Assembly (NCBI GenBank): GCA_022571365.1
Contig: JACZXZ010000007.1
Span: 3,366-67,365 of the forward strand
Direction of reading: 5' to 3'
DNA length: 64,000 nucleotides
From: Pseudomonadota bacterium
GTDB lineage: Bacteria > Pseudomonadota > Alphaproteobacteria > G022571365
Shown here: in pieces, positions 8,990-19,888 of the stretch
Numbering within the stretch: position 1 is the stretch's first letter
Layout: each line of letters begins with the position of its first letter
Notes under the pieces: model-generated
The model's input: the letters and a program-made list of their open reading frames with translations, nothing else
What the model was told of the DNA's origin: nothing
The model's database searches: none
Translations under genes and position numbers: made by a program

Positions 8990-10792
8990 ATGATGAGCAC
9001 CGCGACCGCCGTGCCGGTCGAAAGCGAGGCCCTGGGGGCGCTGCCCGAGTGGGATCTGGGCGATCTCTACCCGGGCCCGGAGGCCCCGGCCCTGGGTCGG
9101 GATCTCGAGGCGGCGGAGGCTGCCGCCAAGGCCTTCGGTGAGCGCTATCAGGGCCGGCTCGCCGGGCTTGGGGGCGGCGCGCTGGGCGCGGCGGTGGCCG
9201 AGTACGAGCGCATCGACGAGACGCTCTCCCGGATCATGAGCTACGCCCAGCTCCTCTATGCGGGCGATATGGCCACGCCCGAGATCGGCCGCTTCTTCCA
9301 GACCATGCAGGAGCGGACCAACGCCATCGCCACCGAAACCCTGTTCTTCACCCTTGAGCTCAACCGCCTCGACGACGCCGCGCTGGCCCGGAAGCTCAAG
9401 GCGGCCAGGCTCGCCCGCTACGGCCCCTGGATCCGGGACGTCCGCGCCTTCAGGCCGCATCAACTCTCGGACGAGGTCGAACGGCTTTTGCACGAGAAAC
9501 ACGTCGTCGGCCGCGCCGCGTGGATCCGCCTGTTCGACGAGACCGTGGCGGACCTGCGCTTTCCGGTCGGGGACAAGCGGCTCACCAGCGCCGAGGTGCT
9601 GCACCTGTTGTCCGACAAGGACCCGGCGGTCCGGCGCGAGGCGGCTTCCTCCCTGGGCCGGGTGCTGGGCGAGCAGGTGCGCACCTTCGCGCTCATCACC
9701 AACACGCTCGCCAAGGACAAGGAGATCGAGGACCGATTGCGCGGCTATAAGCGGCCGGTGTCTCCCCGCAATCTCGCAAACCACGTCGAGGACGAGGTGG
9801 TCGATGCGCTGGTGGAAGCCGTGAGGGGTGCCTATCCGGCGCTGTCACACCGCTACTACAAGATCAAGGCGCGCTGGTTCGGGGTCAAGCAGCTCGACTA
9901 CTGGGACCGCAACGCGCCGCTCGAGGAGGACGACGACCGGACGATCCCATGGGAGGAGGCGCGCGCCCGGGTGCTCGACGCCTATGCCGGCTTCTCGTCC
10001 AGGATGGCCGAGGTCGGCCGGCGCTTTTTCGACCATTCGTGGATCGATGCCGGCCCGCGCCCGGGCAAGGCGCCGGGGGCGTTCGCCCACCCCGCCGTGG
10101 CGGACGTCCACCCCTATCTGTTGCTCAACTATCAGGGCAAGACCCGGGATGTGATGACGCTCGCCCATGAGCTCGGCCACGGCGTTCATCAGCTGCTCGC
10201 CGCGCCCCGGGGGCAGCTCATGGCGGACACGCCCTTGACCCTGGCCGAGACCGCGTCGGTGTTCGGCGAGATGCTGACCTTCCGCGCGCTCCTCGATGCC
10301 GAGACCGACCGGGGAAGGCGCCGGGTCATACTCGCCGCCAAGGTCGAGGACATGCTCAACACGGTGGTGCGCCAGACGGCGTTCTACGAGTTCGAGAGCC
10401 GGGTGCACGACGAGCGCCGCAGGGCCGAGCTGACGCCCAGGCAAATCGGCGAGCTGTGGCTCGAGACCCAACGCGCGAGCCTGGGGCCGGCCATCCGCTT
10501 CGCGGACGACTACCAGTACTACTGGGCCTATATCCCGCACTTCATCCATACCCCGTTCTACGTCTACGCCTACGCCTTCGGCGAGTGCCTGGTGAACGCG
10601 CTCTACGCCGCCTACCAGGAGGCGCCGGCGGGGTTCGAGGAGAAGTATCTCGAGCTGTTGAAGGCCGGCGGCACCCTTCGCCATAAGGAGCTCTTGGAGC
10701 CGTTCGGCCTCGACGCGGGCGACCCGGCGTTTTGGGCCAAGGGGCTCGGCGTCATCGAGGGCTTCATCGACGAGCTGGAGGACTCGGCGTGA
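8990..10792 (+). CDS. pepF: oligoendopeptidase F (M3B metallopeptidase)
   Basis: 600-aa ORF with HELGH zinc motif (TLAHELGHGVHQ) and a downstream glutamate, as in the PepF family. Confidence 0.85.
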   Translation: MMSTATAVPVESEALGALPEWDLGDLYPGPEAPALGRDLEAAEAAAKAFGERYQGRLAGLGGGALGAAVAEYERIDETLSRIMSYAQLLYAGDMATPEIGRFFQTMQERTNAIATETLFFTLELNRLDDAALARKLKAARLARYGPWIRDVRAFRPHQLSDEVERLLHEKHVVGRAAWIRLFDETVADLRFPVGDKRLTSAEVLHLLSDKDPAVRREAASSLGRVLGEQVRTFALITNTLAKDKEIEDRLRGYKRPVSPRNLANHVEDEVVDALVEAVRGAYPALSHRYYKIKARWFGVKQLDYWDRNAPLEEDDDRTIPWEEARARVLDAYAGFSSRMAEVGRRFFDHSWIDAGPRPGKAPGAFAHPAVADVHPYLLLNYQGKTRDVMTLAHELGHGVHQLLAAPRGQLMADTPLTLAETASVFGEMLTFRALLDAETDRGRRRVILAAKVEDMLNTVVRQTAFYEFESRVHDERRRAELTPRQIGELWLETQRASLGPAIRFADDYQYYWAYIPHFIHTPFYVYAYAFGECLVNALYAAYQEAPAGFEEKYLELLKAGGTLRHKELLEPFGLDAGDPAFWAKGLGVIEGFIDELEDSA

Positions 10793-12138
10793 CCAAATCC
10801 TCGGAAGGCAGCACGCTCTCCGGCCGGGTCCGGCGCTATGCCCGGGTCTCGGCGACGGTCGGCGGGCTGGCCGCGCGCGTCGCGGGCGCGCACTATCTCG
10901 GCTTCGACCTCGACCGGGGCAAGCACGCGGCGGAGTTGGGGGCGGCGCTCGGCGGGCTCAAGGGCCCGCTGATGAAGGTCGCCCAGTTGATATCCACCGT
11001 TCCCGACGCGCTGCCCGAGGAGTACGTCCAGCAACTGACCCAGCTCCAGGCCAACGCGCCCTCCATGGGCTGGCGCTTCGTCCGGCGCCGCATGGCGGCG
11101 GAGCTGGGCCCGGACTGGCAGGGCCGCTTCAAGTCGTTCGAGCGCCAGGCGGCCAGGGCCGCTTCCCTGGGCCAGGTTCACCGGGCCGTCGGCCTCGACG
11201 GGAGCGCGCTCGCCTGCAAGCTCCAGTACCCCGACATGCAGTCGGCGGTCGAGGCCGATCTCAACCAGCTGAAGCTGGTGATGGCGATCTACGAGCGCTA
11301 CGACCGGGCGGTGGCGACCGGCGAGATCCACGCCGAGATCTCCACCCGCCTGGGCGAGGAGCTGGACTACGAGCGCGAGGCCCGTCACATGGCCCTCTAC
11401 GGCGCCATGCTCCGGCGCGAGCGCGGGGTAAAGGTGCCCGAGCTCGTGCCCGAGCTCTCGACCCGGCGGTTGTTGACCATGACCTGGCTCGACGGCCGGC
11501 CGCTCCTGGACATCGCGCAGGAGCCCCTCGAGCGGCGGAACCGGGTGGCCCACAATCTGTTCCGCGCCTGGTACCTGCCGTTTTACACCTACGGCGTCAT
11601 CCACGGCGATCCCCATCTGGGCAACTACACGGTCAGGCCCGACGGCACCTTGAACCTCATGGACTTCGGCTGCATCCGGGTGTTCCGGGCGTCCTTCGTC
11701 CAGGCTGTGATCGACCTTTATCATGCGCTCCAGAGGGGCGACCGGGCGCTCGCCGTCCACGCCTACGAGACCTGGGGCTTCGAGGGCCTGTCGCGCGAGC
11801 TCATCGAGGCGCTGAACCTGTGGGCGGAGTTCGTCTACGCGCCGCTCATGGAGGACCGCCCGCGGCGCATCCAGGAGAACGAGAGCGGCCTCTACGGCGC
11901 CGAGGTCGCGGCCAGGGTCCACCAGGAGCTGAGACGCTTGGGCGGGGTGACGCCGCCCCGGGAGTTCGTGCTCATGGACCGCGCCGCGATCGGACTGGGC
12001 TCGGTGTTCCTGCGCCTCAAGGCGGAGATCAACTGGTACGAGCTGTTCCACGGGCTCATCGACGGCTTCGATCAGGCCGCCCTCCACCGCCGCCAGGCCC
12101 GCGCCCTCAAGGCCGCCGGCCTGCCCCCGCCGGGGTGA
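10789..12138 (+). CDS. ABC1/UbiB-family atypical protein kinase
   Basis: GTG 10789 overlaps the pepF stop (GTGA). Translation carries ABC1/AarF kinase motifs (KVAQLISTVPDALPEEY, HGDPHLGN, IDFG). Confidence 0.78.
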   Translation: MTKSSEGSTLSGRVRRYARVSATVGGLAARVAGAHYLGFDLDRGKHAAELGAALGGLKGPLMKVAQLISTVPDALPEEYVQQLTQLQANAPSMGWRFVRRRMAAELGPDWQGRFKSFERQAARAASLGQVHRAVGLDGSALACKLQYPDMQSAVEADLNQLKLVMAIYERYDRAVATGEIHAEISTRLGEELDYEREARHMALYGAMLRRERGVKVPELVPELSTRRLLTMTWLDGRPLLDIAQEPLERRNRVAHNLFRAWYLPFYTYGVIHGDPHLGNYTVRPDGTLNLMDFGCIRVFRASFVQAVIDLYHALQRGDRALAVHAYETWGFEGLSRELIEALNLWAEFVYAPLMEDRPRRIQENESGLYGAEVAARVHQELRRLGGVTPPREFVLMDRAAIGLGSVFLRLKAEINWYELFHGLIDGFDQAALHRRQARALKAAGLPPPG

Positions 12139-12319
12139 GAAGGGGCCGCCGGCCTGCGCGCCTCCTCCTCCTTGGCGGCCTTCCCCGCGGGCGCGACCGC
12201 TTTGATTGTGCCTGTCCCGCCTCCCACACCCGTGGTCAACCGCCCCCTTGGCAAACCGGGCCGGAGGCGGCATTGTGTGCGCCCGCGAGATTGAGGATGC
12301 GCGCGTTGCCCGGGGGGCA

Positions 12320-12333
12320 TTGATTGAGATCAA
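12320..12333. promoter_or_regulatory. FNR/FixK-type box TTGATTGAGATCAA (perfect TTGAT-N4-ATCAA), inside extended palindrome GCATTGAT-TGAG-ATCAATGC
   Basis: Read directly, 73 nt upstream of the pntAA start codon. Confidence 0.5.
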
Positions 12334-12405
12334 TGCGCGCAAATCCAATTCAGGGGCAAACCGGATCGAAGGCCGGATCGGGTCCCGGATCGGGGTGGGA
12401 TCGCC

Positions 12406-13596
12406 ATGAAGATCGCCATAGTGAGGGAACGGCGCCGGGGCGAGCTGCGCGTCGCGGCCTCGCCCGACACCGTGAAAAAGCTCACCCGTTTGGGCGCCGA
12501 GGTGATCGTCGAGACGGGCGCCGGCGAGGGTGCCGCCTTTCCCGACGAGGCCTTTGTTGAGGCCGGCGCGACCATCGCCGAAGAGGAGAAGGCGGCGCTA
12601 GAGGAAGCCGACATCGTGCTCAAGGTGCAGCGGCCGCTGGCCGCGGCCGAGGGCGGCCCGGACGAGCTCGCGCTGATGAAGCCGGGCGCCATCCTGATCG
12701 GCTTGCTCGCGCCCTACGCCGACCACGGCGCCGCAGAGGCCTATGCCGAGCGCAGGCTCACGGCCTTTGCGCTCGAGCTCATGCCGCGCATTTCCCGGGC
12801 CCAGTCCATGGACGCGCTCTCGTCCCAGTCGAACCTGACCGGCTACCAGGCGGTGATCGACGCGGCGGCGGTCTTCGGCAGCGTCATGCCGATGATGATG
12901 ACGGCGGCGGGCACGGTCCCGCCGGCCCGGGTGTTGGTGCTCGGCGCCGGGGTCGCCGGGCTTCAGGCGATCGCCACGGCCCGGCGGCTGGGGGCGGTGG
13001 TCTCGGCCTTCGACGTCCGCCCGGCCGTCAAGGAGGAGGTGGAGAGCCTGGGCGCGGTGTTCATCGAGGTGGAATCGGCGGAGGCGGCCGAGACCAAGGG
13101 CGGCTACGCCCGGGAGATGAGCGCGGACTACCGGCGGCGCCAGACCGAGCGGGTCCACGAGATGCTCAAGACCCAGGACATCGCCATCTGCACGGCGCTC
13201 ATTCCGGGCCGACCGGCGCCGGTTTTGATCACCGGGGCGATGGTCAGGGACATGAAGCCGGGCTCGGTCATCGTCGACCTCGCCGTCAATGAGGGCGGCA
13301 ACTGCGAGCTCTCGGAGCCCGGCAAGGTGGTCCGCAAACACGGGGTCACGATCCTGGGCCATGAAAATGTGCCGAGCCGCGTCGCCACCGACGCCAGCGC
13401 GCTTTACGCGCGCAACCTGCTCAACTTCCTGACCCCGTTCTTCGACGCGGAAACGGGAGAGTTCAAGATTGATTGGGAGGACGAGATCGTCAAGCAAACC
13501 CTGCTCACGCGGGACGGTGCGATCGTTCGCCCGGCACCGGCCGGTAAAGGGGCGCCGACCGGTAAAGGGGCGCCGACCGGTAAAGGAGAGTCGTGA
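12406..13596 (+). CDS. pntAA: NAD(P) transhydrogenase alpha subunit, part 1 (dI domain)
   Basis: 396-aa ORF with alanine-dehydrogenase/PNT fold and Rossmann [23 protein letters not shown]-terminal GKGAPT repeats. Confidence 0.9.
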   Translation: MKIAIVRERRRGELRVAASPDTVKKLTRLGAEVIVETGAGEGAAFPDEAFVEAGATIAEEEKAALEEADIVLKVQRPLAAAEGGPDELALMKPGAILIGLLAPYADHGAAEAYAERRLTAFALELMPRISRAQSMDALSSQSNLTGYQAVIDAAAVFGSVMPMMMTAAGTVPPARVLVLGAGVAGLQAIATARRLGAVVSAFDVRPAVKEEVESLGAVFIEVESAEAAETKGGYAREMSADYRRRQTERVHEMLKTQDIAICTALIPGRPAPVLITGAMVRDMKPGSVIVDLAVNEGGNCELSEPGKVVRKHGVTILGHENVPSRVATDASALYARNLLNFLTPFFDAETGEFKIDWEDEIVKQTLLTRDGAIVRPAPAGKGAPTGKGAPTGKGES

Positions 13597-13979
13597 TGGA
13601 CCCGGCCGACCTCGCGGCAGGCGCCTCGGAGTCCGCAACCGGCGCCGCCCGGCTGGCCGCCGAGACGGCCGGCGGCCTCGACCCGTTCATGATCGGGCTC
13701 ACCGTTTTCGCCCTCGCCGTCATCGTCGGCTACTACGTGGTCTGGCGGGTTACGCCGGCCCTGCACTCGCCGCTGCTGTCGGTGACCAACGCGATCTCCA
13801 GCGTCATCATCGTCGGCGCCCTGGTCGCCGCCGGTCCGGTCGAGCTCAACTTCTCGAAGATCATGGGCTTCATCGCCGTGACCCTGGCCTCGGTGAACAT
13901 CTTCGGTGGCTTCATCGTCACCCAGCGCATGCTGCAGATGTTCAAGAAGAAACCTGCCGGGCGAGAGCCGGCGCCGTGA
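13596..13979 (+). CDS. pntAB: NAD(P) transhydrogenase alpha subunit, part 2 (membrane, dII)
   Basis: SD AAAGGAGAG at 13582-13590. ATG 13596 overlaps the pntAA stop. Product has ~4 TM helices, as in PntAB. Confidence 0.85.
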   Translation: MDPADLAAGASESATGAARLAAETAGGLDPFMIGLTVFALAVIVGYYVVWRVTPALHSPLLSVTNAISSVIIVGALVAAGPVELNFSKIMGFIAVTLASVNIFGGFIVTQRMLQMFKKKPAGREPAP

Positions 13980-15370
13980 GCGAGAATCTCGCCGCGCTCG
14001 CCTACCTGGCGGCGTCCCTTTGCTTCATCATGGCCTTGAGGGGCCTGTCCTCGCCGGAGACGGCGCGCGCCGGCAACGTCTTCGGCATCGCCGGCATGGT
14101 CATCGCCATCACCACCACGCTCCTGTTGCCCGAGGTGGTGAGCTACGTTCAGATTCTGGCCGGCATCGTCGTCGGCGGCGCCATCGGCACCTTCATCGCG
14201 GTCAGGATCCAGATGACCGCCCTGCCCCAGCTGATCGCCGTCTTCCACAGTCTGGTGGGCCTCGCCGCCGTGCTGGTCGCCGCGGCCGCGCTCAATGCGC
14301 CCGAGGCCTACGGCATCGCCGCCGGCGCGGGGATCAAGGTCTCGAGCCTGATCGAGATGTCCTTGGGAACCGCGATCGGCGCCGTCACCTTCACCGGCTC
14401 CGTCGTGGCGTTCGCCAAGCTGCAGGGGCTGGTCTCCGGCAAGCCGCTGACCTTCCCGGGCCAGCACCTGTTGAACGCGCTTCTCGGCGTCGCTCTCGTC
14501 GCGGCTGCGGTGTGGTTCGTCCTCACCGGGTCGCACATGGGGTTCTGGGCATTGGCGGCCCTCGCCTTCACCCTCGGCTTGTTGCTGATCATGCCGATCG
14601 GCGGCGCCGACATGCCGGTCGTCATCTCCATGCTCAACTCCTATTCGGGCTGGGCGGCCTGCGGCATCGGCTTCACGCTCGAGAACAACCTGCTGATCAT
14701 CACCGGCGCGCTGGTGGGATCGTCCGGCGCGATCCTGAGCTACATCATGTGCAAGGGGATGAACCGGTCGATCATCAACGTCATCCTGGGCGGCTTCGGC
14801 GGGGAGGCGGCCCCGGCTCCGGCCGGGGCGGGCGATGAGGACAAGACGGTCAAGCCGGGCAGCGCCGAGGACGCCGCCTTCATCCTTAAAAACGCGCGTT
14901 CGGTCATCGTCGTGCCCGGCTACGGCATGGCGGTGGCCCAGGCCCAGCACGCCCTCAGGGAGCTGGCCGACCTGCTCAAGAAGGCGGGCGTCGGGGTGCG
15001 CTACGCCATCCATCCGGTGGCCGGGCGCATGCCGGGACACATGAACGTGCTCCTGGCCGAGGCCAACGTGCCCTATGACGAGGTCTTCGAGCTCGAAGCG
15101 ATCAACCGGGATTTCGCCTCCACGGACGTGGCCGTGGTCATCGGCGCGAACGACGTGACCAACCCGGCGGCCAAGAATGACCCCAAGAGCCCGATCTACG
15201 GCATGCCGGTGTTCGACGTGGAGAACGCCGGCACCGTGCTGTTCGTCAAGCGCTCGCTGGCCTCGGGTTACGCCGGCGTCGACAACGAGCTGTTCTACCG
15301 CGCCAACACCATGATGCTGTTCGGCGACGCCAAGAAGATGTGCGAGGGCATCATCAAGGCCCTGGGCTGA
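13976..15370 (+). CDS. pntB: NAD(P) transhydrogenase beta subunit
   Basis: GTG 13976 overlaps the pntAB stop (GTGA). 464 aa with multi-TM N-terminus and NADP(H)-binding dIII domain ([16 protein letters not shown]...[10 protein letters not shown]). Confidence 0.9.
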   Translation: MSENLAALAYLAASLCFIMALRGLSSPETARAGNVFGIAGMVIAITTTLLLPEVVSYVQILAGIVVGGAIGTFIAVRIQMTALPQLIAVFHSLVGLAAVLVAAAALNAPEAYGIAAGAGIKVSSLIEMSLGTAIGAVTFTGSVVAFAKLQGLVSGKPLTFPGQHLLNALLGVALVAAAVWFVLTGSHMGFWALAALAFTLGLLLIMPIGGADMPVVISMLNSYSGWAACGIGFTLENNLLIITGALVGSSGAILSYIMCKGMNRSIINVILGGFGGEAAPAPAGAGDEDKTVKPGSAEDAAFILKNARSVIVVPGYGMAVAQAQHALRELADLLKKAGVGVRYAIHPVAGRMPGHMNVLLAEANVPYDEVFELEAINRDFASTDVAVVIGANDVTNPAAKNDPKSPIYGMPVFDVENAGTVLFVKRSLASGYAGVDNELFYRANTMMLFGDAKKMCEGIIKALG

Positions 15371-15574
15371 AGCGCCGATTCGGGCGGCCCTGCGCCCCAC
15401 ATGCCCTGGTGGCAGGGGATCGACGGCGGCTGCCCCGCCGCCGCGGGAAGGCCGAGGGGGCTCATGGGCGCCATCCGCCGTCTCGTGGGTCGTGGTCCGA
15501 CCGCTGAGGCTTGCGGCCGGCCGGGCCTATGCATAGGCTGTCGCGGTGTTCGCACAGAGAAGAGGGTGGGCTGA

Positions 15575-16780
<1,206 letters not shown>

Positions 16781-17080
16781 GGACAGGTCGTAACCTCCAC
16801 CGGGTTCGTGTCCTTCCGCTCCAATGGGGGGAGAGCCACCGGGGGCGGGGTTCGAGCCCCCGAGGCGTCCCGCGACCACGCTCCCCAGGGCCGATCCTGA
16901 GATCTTTCGACCTTCCCCGTGCCGGCATGGAGGCCGACGCGACGAGGTCTGTCACTGGAACCACCGACGCGCAGGAAGCAGAGCCGTTTGGCTCTCGGCG
17001 GCACGAAGGGTTCCGCTCCGCCAAGGGTGCCATGGGCATAAGCGGAGCGCGCTTGCCCTTGCGGACGGCCCCCCGCCTTG

Positions 17081-17986
17081 CTATTCCGCCTCGGCCAGCT
17101 TCCCGACCGGCGCCCAGCCCGCAACGCCGTGGAAGAAGCCGTTGGAGAAGGCGGCGCCGTTCACCAGCTCGGCCAGGCGCTCCTCCGCTTGCGGCGGATC
17201 ACGACCGTCGAGCCCATCGCGGAACAGCCGCGCCACCTGGACCATGTCGGTGTTGTGGGGCGACAGGCGGAAACGCCTGATTCCCATCTCTTTGAGCGCT
17301 TTGAGCTCCCCCCACAGGTTGCCGTAGGTGGAGGACAGGATCTGGGGACCGTTGATGGCGAGGAAGGGCACCCCGTCCAGGGTCTCGACGTCCATGCCGT
17401 CCGGATCCTGGTCGCAGACGAACTGGCAGTTGTCCTTCAGCAGGCCGCACGACCGGGCGTGATAGCAGCGCGCCGAGATCGCCAGAGGCAGTCGGCCGAA
17501 CACCTGAACCTCCAGTTCCACGTCGCTCGAGGCGGCGAGAACCGCCAGGGACTCGGCCGGCAGCTCCACCGGCAGGCACACGCGCGTCGCCCCGCGCTCG
17601 ACGAGGTAGGCGAGCGTAGCCTCGTTGTAGACGTTGATGAAAGGGCCGATGGCATGGGGCCGGCCCGCCAGCAGGGCCGCGGCCGAGATGTCGTTGGCCT
17701 CCACGTACAGCCCCTCGGTGGCGGCGATGGCGCGGACGTGGGCCGTCTCGCGCTCGTCCATGATTAAGGCCAGGGTCGAAAACACCACCTCCTTCCCGGT
17801 CCTCTCCAGGCGCTCCACCACGGCCGCGAGATAGGGCTCGAAAAGCGGTCGGCGTTTGGAGCACACCACCTCGCCGAGGCAGACGCTGTCCACCGGCGCC
17901 TCGTCCGCGATGCCGAAGTAGAAGTCCCGCCATGCCTCGGGGGCCCAGTTGAAAAGGACCGGGCCCAGCGTCAGCTTCGCTTCCAC
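17081..17986 (-). CDS. ubiV: U32-family protein UbiV (O2-independent ubiquinone biosynthesis)
   Basis: 301 aa. Similarity blocks to E. coli YhbV/UbiV (LGPVLFNWAPE, CSKRR, LSTLAL, conserved Cys ARCYHARSC). Directly downstream of ubiU. Confidence 0.75.
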   Translation of the reverse strand: MEAKLTLGPVLFNWAPEAWRDFYFGIADEAPVDSVCLGEVVCSKRRPLFEPYLAAVVERLERTGKEVVFSTLALIMDERETAHVRAIAATEGLYVEANDISAAALLAGRPHAIGPFINVYNEATLAYLVERGATRVCLPVELPAESLAVLAASSDVELEVQVFGRLPLAISARCYHARSCGLLKDNCQFVCDQDPDGMDVETLDGVPFLAINGPQILSSTYGNLWGELKALKEMGIRRFRLSPHNTDMVQVARLFRDGLDGRDPPQAEERLAELVNGAAFSNGFFHGVAGWAPVGKLAEAE

Positions 17987-18024
17987 CTACTTGTCCTCGT
18001 CCATTCCCCGGCGAGCGCGGCGCG

Positions 18025-19014
18025 TCAGCGCCACGTCTTCTCGTAGGCCCCGGCGGTCTCGCGCTGACCTTCCATGACCGCGTGGAGCGCCGGGGCGGGC
18101 ACCGGATCGCCTCTCGCCGCCGCATCCACGGCCCGGCGCAAGGCGGCGACCACCTGAGCGACATAGGCGCGGCCGCGCTGGCGGCCCTCGATCTTCAGCG
18201 CCGTCACGCCGGCCGCTATCAGTTCCGGCAACACGGAAATGGCGCTCAAGGAGGTGGGTTCCTCAAACAGGTAGGCCGCGCGCCCCCGGGTCACGAAGCG
18301 CCCCTTGCACAGGGTCGGGTAGCTCGCCGCCTCGCCGTCGGCGAAGGCGTTGATCGTGAAGTCGCCCAGCCTGCAGACCAACCTGCCACCTTGCTCGATG
18401 TACCGTACATGGCTCGCGGGCGAGCACACCCCGTTCATATTAGGCGACTGGCCGGTGACGTACGACGACAGGGCACAGCGCCCCTCGGCCATGCAGCCCA
18501 CGCTGCCGAAGATGAACACCTCGGTCTCCACCGGAATCTGTTTATTGAGCGCCGCAATCTCGGCGACGGTGAAGATCCGCGGCAGCACAACCCGCTTGAT
18601 GTTGAACTCCCGATGGTAGAAGCAGATGGCCTCGGCGTTGGAGGCCGAAGCCTGCACCGACAGGTGGCGGCGCAGCTCCGGGTGTTTGCGGGCTACATAG
18701 TCGATGAGGCCGATGTCGGCCAGGATAACGGCATCGGCCCCCAAACGGGCGGCGTCATCCACGGCACGGTGCCAGGGGCCAAGGTCGCCGGCGCGGGGAA
18801 AAGTGTTGATGGCGACCAGGATCTTGACCCCGCGGTCGTGGGCGTAGGAGAGCCCTTCTTTGAGCTCGTCCCGGGTGAAATTGAGCCCCGGAAAGTTGCG
18901 GGCATTGGTCTCGTCGCGGAAACCCAAGTAGACCGAGTCGCCGCCGGCGTCCACGGCGGCCTTGAGCGCGGCCGGCGTTCCTGCCGGGCACACCAGCTCC
19001 AGGGCTCTGTTCAT
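18025..19014 (-). CDS. ubiU: U32-family protein UbiU (O2-independent ubiquinone biosynthesis)
   Basis: 329 aa, aligns along its length with E. coli YhbU/UbiU (ELVCPAG, NARNFPGLNF, SVQASASN, EGRCALSSY, YPTLCKGR, KIEGRQR). Confidence 0.8.
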   Translation of the reverse strand: MNRALELVCPAGTPAALKAAVDAGGDSVYLGFRDETNARNFPGLNFTRDELKEGLSYAHDRGVKILVAINTFPRAGDLGPWHRAVDDAARLGADAVILADIGLIDYVARKHPELRRHLSVQASASNAEAICFYHREFNIKRVVLPRIFTVAEIAALNKQIPVETEVFIFGSVGCMAEGRCALSSYVTGQSPNMNGVCSPASHVRYIEQGGRLVCRLGDFTINAFADGEAASYPTLCKGRFVTRGRAAYLFEEPTSLSAISVLPELIAAGVTALKIEGRQRGRAYVAQVVAALRRAVDAAARGDPVPAPALHAVMEGQRETAGAYEKTWR

Positions 19015-19679
19015 GGCCGCTTCGCCCGGGCCCGACGGCTTCGCCGGCGCGGGGGGCTCAAGCGCTCTTCCAGACCGTCCAGCTCGGCGGCCAGCGCGTC
19101 GCTGCGCATGATCGCCGGGGCGATCGTCGCCGCGCGCAGGGTTTCCAGGTCCTCGGCCGCGCGGGCGAACACCGCGCCGGCGCCCCGGACCAGAAAGCGG
19201 GCCGGCCTCGCCAACGGACCGAGGAAGGAGAGCAGGTCGGCCACGATGTCGATCTCCGCGCCGTCCACGGCGTTGCGGAGCGCCACCACGGCCTCGGTCT
19301 CGCCCTCGATCACCAGATCGCGGGAAAAGAACAGGGCGTCCCCGTCTATACGCCCTTCCAGGAGATCAATGAGGCTCAGGAGGGGAGCGCGGATCGTGGC
19401 CGTCGCCTCGACCGCTCCCGCGCCGCCGAGGGCGACGAGGCTGGGCGCCTCCGCGTCGGGGTGCAACAGGAAGACGAAGGGCAGGTCCACCGGATCGATG
19501 AGGAACAAGGTATCGCCCAGCTCCGCCAGCCGCTCGAACATGGCGGGGTGGCGGCGGTGTATGATCGTCATCGCGACGGTCAGCGCCGGCTGCAACAAGA
19601 CCGGCGGCATCGGCCGTAGCGCCAAGCCGACCAGCAACACCGGGGACAAAGGCGGCGTCTGGCGTCGTGGCTCGCTCAT
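19011..19679 (-). CDS. ubiT: SCP2-domain protein UbiT
   Basis: Start taken at MSEPRRQ... (ATG 19679-19677 on - strand). The 19011..19841 ORF extends further upstream. Contains the LFFSRDLVIEGETEAVVALRNAVD block matching E. coli YhbT/UbiT. Stop overlaps ubiU start (ATGA). Confidence 0.65.
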   Translation of the reverse strand: MSEPRRQTPPLSPVLLVGLALRPMPPVLLQPALTVAMTIIHRRHPAMFERLAELGDTLFLIDPVDLPFVFLLHPDAEAPSLVALGGAGAVEATATIRAPLLSLIDLLEGRIDGDALFFSRDLVIEGETEAVVALRNAVDGAEIDIVADLLSFLGPLARPARFLVRGAGAVFARAAEDLETLRAATIAPAIMRSDALAAELDGLEERLSPPRRRSRRARAKRP

Positions 19680-19762
19680 CGCGAAGTATGGGCGCGGTAT
19701 GGGCCTTTTGGCGGCGTCGTCCTGGCGTGCCAGACGCTCCGTCCGCCGTCTTTCAGGGGCAT

Positions 19763-19776
19763 TGGCCAAGATCAAA
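19763..19776. promoter_or_regulatory. FNR/FixK-like box TTGGCCAAGATCAA (TTGg-N6-TCAA core, one mismatch)
   Basis: 84 nt upstream of ubiT start. Shares the flanking context GGGGCATTG...AGATCAA with the pntAA box. Confidence 0.4.
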
Positions 19777-19888
19777 TAACCTCCGACCACCGGCCGGTGC
19801 CGCTGGGGCTGCGCCCCCGACGCGGGTGCCGTGGCCCGCATCTCGCGGCGCCGGGCGGGGAAGCGGCGAGGCGTGAAGCACGGCCAGC

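Noticed and set aside
16781-17080. Two-piece (permuted) alphaproteobacterial tmRNA gene
   Set aside because: The T-arm-like motif is present, but no Ala-type acceptor stem (G3:U70) can be formed and no ANDN...AA tag reading frame is present on either strand.
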